Assembly: GCA_046331705.1 (NCBI GenBank)
Contig: JAXLQJ010000054.1
Location: 1 to 48,429, forward strand
Source of the DNA: a bacterium
GTDB taxonomy: Bacteria > JADJOY01
DNA length: 48,429 bases
Direction: 5' to 3'
This document shows, one piece after another, positions 30,185 to 39,229 of this stretch; position 1 is the first letter of the stretch; each line of letters begins with the position of its first letter. A program made the translations under genes and the position numbers. The notes under the pieces are model-generated. The model did not search any database. It was not told the origin of the DNA and was given only the letters and a program-made list of their open reading frames with translations.

Positions 30185-33100
30185 ATGACCCACGGCCCCG
30201 ACGTCTCCGTCTCGCTCGCCGCCTACCTGCCGCAAGACCGCCTCCGCGCCCTCGCGCGCGGAGAACCGATTCCCCGGCGCGTGACGGGTTCGGCGCTGCT
30301 GGCCGACCTGTCTGGATTCGGGGAGCTGACCGAAGCGCTGACGCGCGTCCGCGGACCGCGGCGCGGAATCGAGGAGCTCACCCGCGAGGTCAACGCGCTC
30401 TACGACGCCCTGATCGCCGAGGTGGAGCGCTTCGGGGGAAGCGTCATCGACTTCGCGGGCGACGCCATCACGTGCTGGTTCGACGGGGGCCAGGACGCCT
30501 CCCTCCGTGCCGTGACCGCAGCGTTCGCCATGCAAGCCGCCATGCAGCGCTTCCCTCGGGTCGCGCTCAAGATCGCGGTGACGAGCGGCCCCGCGCAGCG
30601 CTTCATCGTGGGGGACCCGAGCATCCAGTGCTGGGACACGCTGGTCGGTCACACGATCTCGCGCCTCGCGACCGCCGAGCGTCTCGCTGGCCCGGCCGAG
30701 ATCGTCGCCGATCCGGCCACCCATCGTGCGGTTTGCGAGAGCGTTCGCGCGACTCCACGGTGCGCCGAACCTCGCGAGCCCTTCTCTTGGCTTACGAGCC
30801 TGATGCACCCAGCGTCCGCGGTACCCACGGCATCGCCGGCAGCGATGCCCGCCGCCCACGATCTGCGCCCCTGGATCAATCCGGCGGTCTTCCTCCGCGA
30901 GCAGGGCGGACACGGGGCCTTCCTCACCGAGCTCCGCCCCACCACTCCTCTCTTCCTGCGATTCGACGGCATCGACTTCGAAGCCGAACCGGCGGCCGAG
31001 AGGCTCGACACGTTCGTCCGTCGCGTCCAGGCGGTGATCCGCGAGTACGACGGCACGCTGCTCCAGCTCACCATCGGCGACAAGGGCAGCTACCTGTACG
31101 CGGCCTTCGGCGCGCCCATCGCCCACGAGGACGACTCCCGTCGGGCGGTGAAGGCCGCGCTCGAGTTGCGGCGCGTCGCCGAGAGCCTGCCGTTCCTGAA
31201 GCCCGTGCAGGTGGGGATCACGTGCGGCACGACGCGGACGGGCGCGTACGGCGGCTCCACGCGCCGCGCCTACGGCGTGCTGGGCGACGAGGTCAACCTC
31301 GCGGCCCGCCTCATGACCCACGCCGCGCCGGGCCAGATCCTGGTCAGTCGGCGCGTCCACGAGGCGATCTCCGCCGCGTTCGCCTGCAACGCGCTCGCGC
31401 CCGTCCAGATCAAAGGCAAAGCGGATCTCCTGCCGATCTTCGCCGTCCACCGTGCGCACGCCGCGCAGGTTCCGCACCTGCACGAGCCGGCCTATGCGCT
31501 ACCCCTGGTCGGACGGATCAGCGAGCTCCAAACCATCGGCGAGCGCCTGGAGCGCACCCTCGAAGGAAAGGGCCAGATCGTGGCCATCCGCGCCGAGGCG
31601 GGGATGGGCAAATCGCGCCTCGTGGCCGAGGTCGTTCGGTCGGCTCGCGCAAGAGGGTTCGTCGCGTACGCCGGTGCAGCCCAGGCCGACGGTGTTCAGT
31701 CTCCCTACCTGGCGTGGAAACCGATCGCGAGCGCCCTCTTCGAGGTCGATCCCGCCGCGACCGCGTCCGACTCGGTTTCGAGTGTCGAACGCGTCGTGCG
31801 ACGACTCGCCCCGTCCCGCGTCCACGCGCTGCCGCTCCTGGTGCCGCTCCTCCCGTTCGAGATCGCCGACAACGACTACACCCGAGGTCTCGAGCCGCTC
31901 AATCGGCAAGGTGCGCTCCGCGCGCTCCTCGAAGACAGCTTCCGCACGGCGGCGCGAGAAGCGCCCGTGCTGATCGTCCTCGAGGACCTGCACTGGCTCG
32001 ACGGCGGCTCGCGGACGCTGCTCGAAGATCTGGCCCAGGGGCTCACCGACAGTCGGATTTGCTTCGTCCTCGCGTATCGCCCCGAGGTGCCCGGCCTCGC
32101 GGCGCCCAGTGTCGCGGCGCCCGGCTCCGAAAGCTCGATGCGCTTGGAACGAATGGCGTCCTACACCCTGCTCGAGCTGCCCGAGCTGACGCCCGCCGAA
32201 GCCGCGGAGGTGCTCCGCGGGAAGCTGGCGCGGCTCTACCCGGCGCGCGACGCGGAGCCTTCGCCCGGCTGGATCGAGCGCTTGACCACGCGAGCGCAGG
32301 GCAACCCGTTCTACCTGGAAGAGCTGCTCAACTACGTCCACGATCGCGGGCTGGATCCGTTCGATCCGGCCGATCTCGGAGCCCTCGAGCTCCCGGACAG
32401 CCTGCACGCGCTGATCTTGAGCCGCATCGACCGGCTGAGCGAACGGGAGAAGATCATCCTGCGCGTCGCGAGCGTCATCGGGCGGTCGTTTCGCGCCGCC
32501 TGGCTGACGGATTACTACCCGGAGCTGGGCGACGTCGCGGACGTCGGAGACGCTCTCGACCGGCTCGCGGAGCTCGACATCACCCCCATCGACCCGGCGG
32601 TGATCGAGCGAGCCCATCTCTTCAAGCACGTCATCACGCACCAGGCGACCTACGAGAGCCTTCCGTTCGCGACCCGCGCCGAGCTTCACGAACGATTCGG
32701 CGTTTATCTGGAACGGCAGATCGCCGCGGGAACGTTTCACGAAGCGGCGCTGCTGGACACCCTGGTCTTTCACTACGGCCGCGCCGAGAACGAAACCAAG
32801 GAACGGGAATACCTGTCGAAGGCCACGAGCGTGGCGCTGAGGACCAGCACGTTCATCACCGCACGGACGTATCTCACGCGACTCCTCGAGCAGACCCCCG
32901 CCCCGGACCCGCGGCGAACGGCGTTGCTCCTCGATCTCGGGGAGCTGCTCGCGACCACCGGAGATTTTCCTGGAGCGCTGACGCTCTTCGAGGAAGCACG
33001 AGACCTCGCCCGGACGGATGCCGAACGGGCGCGAGCGTTCTGGATGCTGGCCTACGTTCGGAGGGAAACCGGACTCATGCACCAGGCCTACGATCTTTAC

Positions 33101-33877
33101 GCCGCGGCCGTGCGATTCGCACGCGCCAGCGGAGACGAAGCGATCGTCGCGAACGCGCTCTCCTCGGCGGGAGTTTGTAGCGCCAAGCTGGGAAAGCTCG
33201 AGGAGGCGCAAGCCTTTCAGGAGGAGAGTCTCGCGCTGGCACGCAAGCTGGGTGATCCCGCGCTGGAGCTGAACGCTTTGCAGCGAGCGGGGTGCATCCT
33301 GGTCGCGCGATCCGAGTACGAACAGGGCGAGGCGATCTTCCTCGAGGTCTGTGCGCTGGCCGAGGCATCCGGCGAGCGGCAGAGCCTCATGATGGCGCTC
33401 AACAACCTGGGCTGGGTGACGGACAAGAAGCGGGAGTTCGCACGTTCGCGAGAATACGGCCGCCAGGCGCTGGCGCTCGCGTACGAGCTGGGATCGCAGT
33501 TGAGCATCGCGCTCTACCTGATCAATCAGGCCGGAGACGAGCTGATGGATGGCGACCTCACCAGCGCGCGTTCGCACGTACGCGAGGGCTGCCGATTGGC
33601 GCTGCGCCTGGGGGCCATGGGGCGTGTGATGCTGGCACTCAGGTCCTTCTCGCTCATCTTCTACGCAGAGGGGAAGACCGAACGGGCGCTCGAGGTGATC
33701 GGCATGGCACGCGCACATCCCGCATGGACCCACGACGACCAACGGAACACCGACGGGTGGCTCGAGGACTGGGCAGTCGATCCCGCGACGCTCGACGCGG
33801 CGTATGCGCGAGGAGCCGCGCTCGACTGGGACACGACGATCCGCGAGCTACTCAGCGACGATCCCGCCAACGCCTGA
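30185..33877 (+). CDS. Class III adenylate/guanylate cyclase (tandem domains) + STAND/AAA ATPase + TPR protein
   Basis: ADLSGF/FAGDA, GDKGS, GDEVNLAARLM, Walker A AEAGMGKS, Walker B VLEDLHW, GNPFYLEE, FKH, C-terminal TPRs. Confidence 0.92.
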   Translation: MTHGPDVSVSLAAYLPQDRLRALARGEPIPRRVTGSALLADLSGFGELTEALTRVRGPRRGIEELTREVNALYDALIAEVERFGGSVIDFAGDAITCWFDGGQDASLRAVTAAFAMQAAMQRFPRVALKIAVTSGPAQRFIVGDPSIQCWDTLVGHTISRLATAERLAGPAEIVADPATHRAVCESVRATPRCAEPREPFSWLTSLMHPASAVPTASPAAMPAAHDLRPWINPAVFLREQGGHGAFLTELRPTTPLFLRFDGIDFEAEPAAERLDTFVRRVQAVIREYDGTLLQLTIGDKGSYLYAAFGAPIAHEDDSRRAVKAALELRRVAESLPFLKPVQVGITCGTTRTGAYGGSTRRAYGVLGDEVNLAARLMTHAAPGQILVSRRVHEAISAAFACNALAPVQIKGKADLLPIFAVHRAHAAQVPHLHEPAYALPLVGRISELQTIGERLERTLEGKGQIVAIRAEAGMGKSRLVAEVVRSARARGFVAYAGAAQADGVQSPYLAWKPIASALFEVDPAATASDSVSSVERVVRRLAPSRVHALPLLVPLLPFEIADNDYTRGLEPLNRQGALRALLEDSFRTAAREAPVLIVLEDLHWLDGGSRTLLEDLAQGLTDSRICFVLAYRPEVPGLAAPSVAAPGSESSMRLERMASYTLLELPELTPAEAAEVLRGKLARLYPARDAEPSPGWIERLTTRAQGNPFYLEELLNYVHDRGLDPFDPADLGALELPDSLHALILSRIDRLSEREKIILRVASVIGRSFRAAWLTDYYPELGDVADVGDALDRLAELDITPIDPAVIERAHLFKHVITHQATYESLPFATRAELHERFGVYLERQIAAGTFHEAALLDTLVFHYGRAENETKEREYLSKATSVALRTSTFITARTYLTRLLEQTPAPDPRRTALLLDLGELLATTGDFPGALTLFEEARDLARTDAERARAFWMLAYVRRETGLMHQAYDLYAAAVRFARASGDEAIVANALSSAGVCSAKLGKLEEAQAFQEESLALARKLGDPALELNALQRAGCILVARSEYEQGEAIFLEVCALAEASGERQSLMMALNNLGWVTDKKREFARSREYGRQALALAYELGSQLSIALYLINQAGDELMDGDLTSARSHVREGCRLALRLGAMGRVMLALRSFSLIFYAEGKTERALEVIGMARAHPAWTHDDQRNTDGWLEDWAVDPATLDAAYARGAALDWDTTIRELLSDDPANA

Positions 33878-34035
33878 TCGCGAGTTGCGCCGGAAACATC
33901 CGGCGAGCAGGCGACACCGAGCAACGGCTCGAACGCCGGCATCGCATCCACGTGGGCGACGCACCCCAGGAGCGCTTCCCACTGCGGGCCTTCGGCAGAC
34001 CGATCAGCCTCGTCGAAGACGAGCAGATCGAGCTC

Positions 34036-34129
34036 GCCGAACGCCCAACATCAGTGGCGTCACGCAGCGCCGCCCGTCGCATCCTGTTGCTACGCGGCGG
34101 CAAGCCGCGGGCGGCGTCTTGCACTGGGC
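34036..34129 (-). other. Degenerate attC downstream of the VOC cassette
   Basis: Minus strand ends CGCCACTGATGTTGGGC-GTTCGGC (L'-R'); starts GCCCAGTGCAAGACG (eroded R''-L''), 7 nt after the stop codon. Confidence 0.55.
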
Positions 34130-34136
34130 ATTTCGC

Positions 34137-34601
34137 TCATGGCACCGAGTCGTACGCACTCTCCAGCGCCGCCACGTCGAGCTTCACCATTGTCATCATG
34201 GCGTCCATGACGGCCTTCACTTTCGCGGGGTTCTCGTCGCCGATGAGCTCCATGAATCGCTTCGGGACGATCTGCCACGAGAGACCGAATTGGTCCGTGA
34301 TCCAGCCACACTGCATCTTCGTGGCTCCGGCCTTGACGAGCTTGTTCCAGTACTCGTCCACTTCCTCCTGGTCCTCGCACTGCACGAACAGCGAGAAGCC
34401 TTCGGAGAACGTGAAGTAAGGACCGCCGTTGTAGCCCATGAAGGATTGACCGCCGATGACGAATTCGGCCGAGCTGATGGGGCCGTCCTTGCCAGCGCGG
34501 GCGACATTCGTGACCCTCGAGTCCGGAAAAGTGGCGGTGTAGAACTCGATGGCGGACTCGAGCTGGTCGTTGAACATCAGGAACGGGGTTACCTTGCTCA
34601 T
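34137..34601 (-). CDS. VOC family protein (PhnB / 3-demethylubiquinone-9 methyltransferase-like)
   Basis: KVTPFLMF, NGGPYFTFSEGFSLFV, CGWITDQFGLSWQIVP, MVKLD; AGGAG RBS. Confidence 0.92.
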   Translation of the reverse strand: MSKVTPFLMFNDQLESAIEFYTATFPDSRVTNVARAGKDGPISSAEFVIGGQSFMGYNGGPYFTFSEGFSLFVQCEDQEEVDEYWNKLVKAGATKMQCGWITDQFGLSWQIVPKRFMELIGDENPAKVKAVMDAMMTMVKLDVAALESAYDSVP

Positions 34602-34755
34602 CGGTGATGGCTCCTGTCGTGGTCCGCACGTCGTCGCGTTCACCCGCGGCGTATCCGTCCGGTAATTCCAGGGGTGCGGCACGCGGAGTTCGGCCGAGGC
34701 TCGCGGGTTGCGAGCCCGGGCGACGTCTGTGCGCTGACGGTGAGGGAGCGGTGGT

Positions 34756-36399
34756 TCAGGCCGTGGCCGCGGACGAGTCGCCGGCGTGGACCCGAGCCCA
34801 GCGATCGGGCAGCAGCTCGGGTAGGCGTTCCGTCGGCCAGCCGGCGGCGAGCTTGGCGATCACGTCCGTGAGGTAGGGCAGCGGCGCCACGCTGTGCTGG
34901 GCGCAGGTGCGCATGAGGCTGTAGATGCGCGCCATGCGTCGAGCTGCATCGTGTGATCCGGCGAAAAGATAGTTTCGACGGCCCAGCGCAAGATCTCGGA
35001 TCTGACGCTCGCAGAGCGTGTTGTCGAGCGAGATCCGGCCGTCGTCGACGAATCGGGTGAGCGCGCCCCAGTGGTTCAGAAAGTACGCGCCGGCCTGCGC
35101 AAGCGCGCTGCTCGGTGGCTCGTGCTTCTGCACGGAGACGAGCCATCGGTGGAGCTTCGCGAGCTCCGGCACGGATCGCTCTCGGCGCTGAGCCGCGCGT
35201 TCCTCGGGCGCGAGCTCTTTCACGTCCGCGAGCTCCTCGAGCTTGTAGAGCCGACGGATCAAGACGAGTGGGTAGGCGACACGGCAGTCGGTGTCCTTGA
35301 GCTTGAAGAAGCCCCGCCGCGCGTGCGCCATGCACCCGACCTCGATCGCCTCCGCCACCTTTCCATTGTAGAGGCGATCGAACACGTTCGCCGCGTCGGC
35401 TTGGAGGTACCCTTTCCGACCAGCGAGGAAAGACCACGGTCCATCGTCACCCCGGCCCGTCTCGGCGTAGCGGAAGAGCACGTTGTGGTCGTCGCCGACG
35501 TAGCACCACATCGTGCCACGCTGGATGTTCTCGGAATGGTCCGGGTCGAGCACCTTGAGGCCCGAACCGTCCGCGCGCACCAGATAGGCACCCAGAACCT
35601 CGGCGGCGAGCACGTCATCGACCAGCGGCGCGATCAAGTCGCCCACGCCTGCGATCCAATCGGCCAGCGTCGAGACCGGTACCGTCACACCGCTGCGCGC
35701 GAAGATCCGGTGCAGCCGGGTGAGTGGCGTGTGGTCGTGAAACTTGGAGACGCAGACGTGCGCGAGCAGCGACGGCGCGGCGGTCGCGCCGAAGGGCTTC
35801 ACCGGCCCGGGCGCGGTGTGGATCCCGAGCTTGCAGCGTCCGCAGGCGTATTTGCTCAGGCGGTGGACGTGCTCGATGAAATGCCCCGGCACGTACTCGA
35901 GCACCCGCGTCGTGTCCGAGCCGATCCGACGCTCGGGCTGCCCGCAGCGAGCGCAAGTGCGCTCCCCGGGCTCGAGCTCCACGGCGTGCTCGCAGCGCTC
36001 GACCTTGCGGCGGTCGACGCTCGGCGCGCGTCGCTCGCGGCGCTTGGGCGCGTGAGCCTCGATCTCCTGGTCGAGCTTGGCGTCCTGGTCGTTCTCCGCG
36101 ACGACGTCGTCGGGCTTCTGCTCGACGGGGACCTCTTGGTCACCGAGCTTTTCGAGCAAGAGCTGAAGCTGGCCGGGATCGACTTTCTCGGTCCGTCGGC
36201 CGGCGCGCTCGGCCCGCAGCTTGTGGATCAAGAGCGCGAGCTCTCGGTTCTGGTCGAGCACCGCACCGAGGGCGGCGACGAACAGATCGAACGCTTCGTC
36301 GGTGCGTCCCTCGGCGACCAATGCCTGGGCCGAGGTCCGGATGTCGTCCGGAGAGAGCGCGTCTCGATGCGTGGGGGCGGTGGTCGAAGTGGAAAGCAT
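34756..36399 (-). CDS. tnpC: IS66 DDE transposase
   Basis: Leucine zipper, CxxC zinc finger, GCMAHARR, DNTLCERQIR, GRRNYLFAGS, LLPDRW. Confidence 0.95.
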   Translation of the reverse strand: MLSTSTTAPTHRDALSPDDIRTSAQALVAEGRTDEAFDLFVAALGAVLDQNRELALLIHKLRAERAGRRTEKVDPGQLQLLLEKLGDQEVPVEQKPDDVVAENDQDAKLDQEIEAHAPKRRERRAPSVDRRKVERCEHAVELEPGERTCARCGQPERRIGSDTTRVLEYVPGHFIEHVHRLSKYACGRCKLGIHTAPGPVKPFGATAAPSLLAHVCVSKFHDHTPLTRLHRIFARSGVTVPVSTLADWIAGVGDLIAPLVDDVLAAEVLGAYLVRADGSGLKVLDPDHSENIQRGTMWCYVGDDHNVLFRYAETGRGDDGPWSFLAGRKGYLQADAANVFDRLYNGKVAEAIEVGCMAHARRGFFKLKDTDCRVAYPLVLIRRLYKLEELADVKELAPEERAAQRRERSVPELAKLHRWLVSVQKHEPPSSALAQAGAYFLNHWGALTRFVDDGRISLDNTLCERQIRDLALGRRNYLFAGSHDAARRMARIYSLMRTCAQHSVAPLPYLTDVIAKLAAGWPTERLPELLPDRWARVHAGDSSAATA

Positions 36400-36501
36400 C
36401 GAGTGCGGAAGAACGTGAACGACGAGCGCGCACGGATATGCAACACGTGCAAGTCGAAAGCAAGAGGTGAAAACGAAAAACGTGAAAAATCAACCGAACG
36501 A

Positions 36502-36891
36502 TCACGCAAACGTTGCGACGACACCCGCTTCATGGCTCGGGCGTCGATACCAGCGCTTGCGTCGGACGACGTGGCGCAGGTCGATGCCTTCCAAGATCAT
36601 CGCGAGCTCCGCCCCGTCGACCTCGATGTGACGGCTGCCGACGGCGGGCGCCGTGGGGAGAATGAAGGTACCTCGCTCAAGGCGCTTGTAGATCAACAAG
36701 TATCCGGAGCGATCCCACGCCAAAATCTTGATCCGGTTTCTCCGGCGGTTGAGGTAGCAGAACAGGTGACCGGAGAGCGGGTTCTGGCGAATCACCTCGC
36801 GAGTGGCGGCGGCGAGCCCATCGAATCCGCGCCGCAGGTCGACGGGCTCCGCGGCGATGTACACCCGGACCGCCGACGGGAGCGTCAGCAT
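36502..36891 (-). CDS. tnpB: IS66 accessory protein TnpB (Orf2)
   Basis: PVDLRRGFDGL, NRRRNRIKILAWD, KRLERGTF. Confidence 0.95.
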   Translation of the reverse strand: MLTLPSAVRVYIAAEPVDLRRGFDGLAAATREVIRQNPLSGHLFCYLNRRRNRIKILAWDRSGYLLIYKRLERGTFILPTAPAVGSRHIEVDGAELAMILEGIDLRHVVRRKRWYRRPSHEAGVVATFA

Positions 36892-37253
36892 GCCGGTGCG
36901 CCTTCCACCACGTCGAGGATCTGCCGTAGCTCGGAGGGATCGACGCCCGGCGGCACGCGAACCCGTCGGCCGCCGAGCAAGACGATCTCGATGATCGGCG
37001 GCGCGAATGTGACCGTCGCCGGGTCGCCCCGTTCCACCACGCGCACTGGGTGGAAGCGAGCTGCGGAAGGCTGAGGGCCGTCGAGGTCCTTCGCCCAGCG
37101 GAGGATCCGTTTCGGATCGAGCTGGTAGCGCCGAGCGAACGCTGCGGCGCTCGCTTCGCTCCGACGCCACGCATCCACCACCCGGCGTGCATCCGCCTCC
37201 CGCCAGTACCGCCGCCGGGCGAGCCGGCGAACCGCGTCGCTGTCCGTCTCCAT
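36885..37253 (-). CDS. tnpA: IS66 accessory protein TnpA (HTH)
   Basis: WRRSEASAAAFARRY...RW, FHPVRV, IEIVL; overlaps tnpB start. Confidence 0.88.
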   Translation of the reverse strand: METDSDAVRRLARRRYWREADARRVVDAWRRSEASAAAFARRYQLDPKRILRWAKDLDGPQPSAARFHPVRVVERGDPATVTFAPPIIEIVLLGGRRVRVPPGVDPSELRQILDVVEGAPAC

Positions 37254-37392
37254 CGTGCGCCTCCTTGCGTCGATCGCCGATGCGATCGAGGAGGCGCAGC
37301 TTCACGCGGGACGCCGCGCGACGAAACATGGAACTACCGGACGGATACCCCGCGGCGACAGTAGATTACGCGATCAGACGATCGTAACCCGC

Positions 37393-37770
37393 CTACCGGC
37401 AGATGGGACGCGATGTCATGCGGGCTCTCCGCGAGTGGCGACCGCGCGCGGAGGAAGGCTCTAGCGCAAGACCTGTGGTGCGCCGCGAAGAAGACAGAGT
37501 CCACTGACCATCGAGATCGCGACCGTTGCGACATGCCAGCACGGCGCGATGTCGTGCGCCCTTCCGAGGCTGCGGCGTTTCGTCAGTGGGGTAGCTGTAG
37601 TTGAGGATTCGCGGTGCGCCGCGAACGAGGTAGAAGCCGAGAGCCAGGGTGGGCACTGTTACCACAAGCGTCGACGGGTTCGTCAACATCCACGGGTTAG
37701 TAAGCTCGTAGATCACACCGAAGACGCCGGCGATGCGAAGAACCAACGTAAAGATCTGCCGCTCGGTCAC
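37393..37770 (-). CDS. Hypothetical membrane protein cassette gene (C-terminus probably extended by decay)
   Basis: Two TM segments; starts ~40 nt after the attC R' site. Confidence 0.6.
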   Translation of the reverse strand: MTERQIFTLVLRIAGVFGVIYELTNPWMLTNPSTLVVTVPTLALGFYLVRGAPRILNYSYPTDETPQPRKGARHRAVLACRNGRDLDGQWTLSSSRRTTGLALEPSSARGRHSRRARMTSRPICR

Positions 37771-37807
37771 CAGCCAACGCGGGTCGCTTGAGGGCTCCGC
37801 TGGGATC

Positions 37808-37898
37808 GCCGAACGCAGAGCTCAGCGGCGATCCCGGACTAACACGAGCTCCAGACGAACGCACCCCGGTTACCGGCTGCTGCATCGACGAGTTCGCG
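37808..37898 (-). other. Integron attC site (intact-looking, 91 bp)
   Basis: Minus strand CGCGAAC-TCGTCG-ATGCAGC...GCTGAGCTCTGC-GTTCGGC; its R'' CGCGAAC complements the cassette start GTTCGCG at 38142-38136. Confidence 0.85.
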
Positions 37899-38135
37899 AC
37901 CACCTGAGAGTTGCCGCATCGGAGTCGGCCCGCCGCCGCTACTGGCCTGCTTGATCCGCCAGCCCGGCCGCGTTCCCCGATGCGTCCGTCTTGACGAGGT
38001 AGGCGTCCATGTCAACGGTGGTCCCGCTGCGGTTGGATCCGGCTCTGCAGGCGCCATCGACACGTGCCGTTCAAGCAGGACCGTCTGCGTCACTCGATTG
38101 GCGCAGAGGGCGCCGGATCTCGTCCACGCCTTGTC

Positions 38136-38224
38136 CGCGAACACCAAGCTCAGCGGAGCGCCCCGGCCTTGATCAGCCAATCGACCGGGCGCCACGGGTG
38201 CGCGTCCGGTGCCGCGTCTTGGGC
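38136..38224 (-). other. Integron attC site with eroded R''
   Basis: Minus strand GCCCAAG-ACGCGGCACCGGACG...CCGCTGAGCTTGGT-GTTCGCG. Confidence 0.75.
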
Positions 38225-38451
38225 GTCGCCTCGACCGTCCGCCGCGACTCGTGAATTGCGGCGACGATGTCGGTTGGCGACACGTTCAGATCGAGCCCCG
38301 GAACGTCGAGCGGGGACCCACTTCGTTGCTCGGGTCGGAGAACGAAGAGTCGTCCATCACGTCGGCGGATTCTGACAGCACCCTCCCGACCAGCGCGCTC
38401 GAGAAGGGCCGACAACTGCTGTCGGGCTTCCGAATACGTGAACTCTTTCAT
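38173..38451 (-). CDS. Phd/YefM-family antitoxin
   Basis: MKEFTYSEARQQLSALLERA...VRIRRRDG; ATGA-coupled to toxin; C-terminus reads into the attC. Confidence 0.85.
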   Translation of the reverse strand: MKEFTYSEARQQLSALLERAGREGAVRIRRRDGRLFVLRPEQRSGSPLDVPGLDLNVSPTDIVAAIHESRRTVEATPKTRHRTRTRGARSIG

Positions 38452-38846
38452 GGTCGTACCTCGATACACGGCACGCCCGCCGCATGGGCCGTGCGCTTGA
38501 GGCCTCGGTCCAGGGTAAGGAGGGGAGCCTTCTGCGACAGCGCACAGGTGATGAGATAGGCGTCGTACGCGTACATGTCGTGTTCGGCCGCGACCTCCAG
38601 CGCCAGCGCCAAATCCACGTCTAGGAAACGGACTGGAATTGCGCTGTAGGCGGCCACAGCAGCCTGTGCTTGCGCTGCCGTGATCCGACGGCGTCTCAGC
38701 AGCGCGGAAAGCGCGTTCCCGACTTCCCAGTGAACCGACCCCGGAGCCACGAGGTCAGCCCCGTCGGTAGCACGAATCAACGCCGCGCGCTGCGGCTCAC
38801 TCACGACGACCGCTACGAGCGCCGAGGTGTCGGCCACGATGAGCAT
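38448..38846 (-). CDS. vapC: PIN-domain (VapC) toxin
   Basis: IVADTSALVA, WEVGNAL, YAYDAY, LLTLDR acidic tetrad. Confidence 0.9.
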   Translation of the reverse strand: MLIVADTSALVAVVVSEPQRAALIRATDGADLVAPGSVHWEVGNALSALLRRRRITAAQAQAAVAAYSAIPVRFLDVDLALALEVAAEHDMYAYDAYLITCALSQKAPLLTLDRGLKRTAHAAGVPCIEVRP

Positions 38847-38853
38847 GCCGATA

Positions 38854-38883
38854 CTTGTACAATTGTACGAAGCGACCCGTCAA
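38854..38883 (-). promoter_or_regulatory. Putative TA cassette promoter with palindromic operator
   Basis: TTGACG-18nt-TACAAG; perfect palindrome GTACAATTGTAC (38857-38868) over the -10 region. Confidence 0.6.
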
Positions 38884-38885
38884 GG

Positions 38886-39026
38886 GCCCGACGTGGCGCT
38901 CGGCCTGGCTCGCTGTGGCCGCTACTCGGGCGCCACCGGCGATGTCGATCCTCGCTCATCGCCTCGCCCGCGCGAGCTATCCCATGCTCACCCGCGGTGA
39001 TCGGCAGGTGCAGCGCGATGTTACGC
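38886..39026 (-). other. attC site containing a 59-nt IS110 transposase fragment
   Basis: Minus strand GCGTAAC-ATCGCG-CTGCACCTG...CAGGCCGAGCGCCAC-GTCGGGC; 38942-39000 matches 44493-44551 at 50/59 nt. Confidence 0.65.
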
Positions 39027-39170
39027 CGCGCCCAGTGTCTCGAGCGAGTTTTCATCGGCCGCGTGATTCACCTGATCCGGAACCGGCAACGTCGTCTCCG
39101 GTGGACTGATAGTGGCGCCATCGATCTGCGGTGCCGAGATCAGCAGTGAGCCCGTGGGCTGAGGCCAGCA

Positions 39171-39190
39171 GCCTAACGCCCTTCACTCGC
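39171..39190 (-). other. Half attC (L'-R' arm only)
   Basis: Minus strand GAGTGAAGGGC-GTTAGGC (GTTRRRY), 6/7 complementary to the next R'' GCGTAAC. Confidence 0.45.
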
Positions 39191-39229
39191 ACGGTGGCCC
39201 GCCCCAGGCGACACCGCAACATGCGGGAA

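Larger units (their letters stand above)
34651..37348 (-). mobile_element. Complete IS66-family element (2698 bp)
   Basis: IRs GTATCCGTCCGGTA(A/G)TTCCA (19/20); 8-bp TSD CCCGCGGC at 34643-34650 and 37349-37356; tnpA-tnpB-tnpC. Confidence 0.96.
34623..37421 (-). other. Degenerate ~93-bp attC interrupted by IS66
   Basis: Without IS66 and one TSD, the minus strand reads GCATGAC-ATCGCGTCCCATCTGCCGG...GGGTGAACGCGACGAC-GTGCGGA; left arm resembles GCGTAAC-ATCGCGCTGCACCTGCCG at 39026. Confidence 0.5.

Noticed and set aside
33900-34035. Minus-strand fragment ELDLLVFDEADR resembling helicase motif II
   Set aside because: Too short, no start codon or other helicase motifs; at most a cassette remnant
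36502-36891. TnpB as an RNA-guided nuclease
   Set aside because: This is the 129-aa IS66 accessory TnpB, unrelated to IS200/605 TnpB; no RuvC motifs
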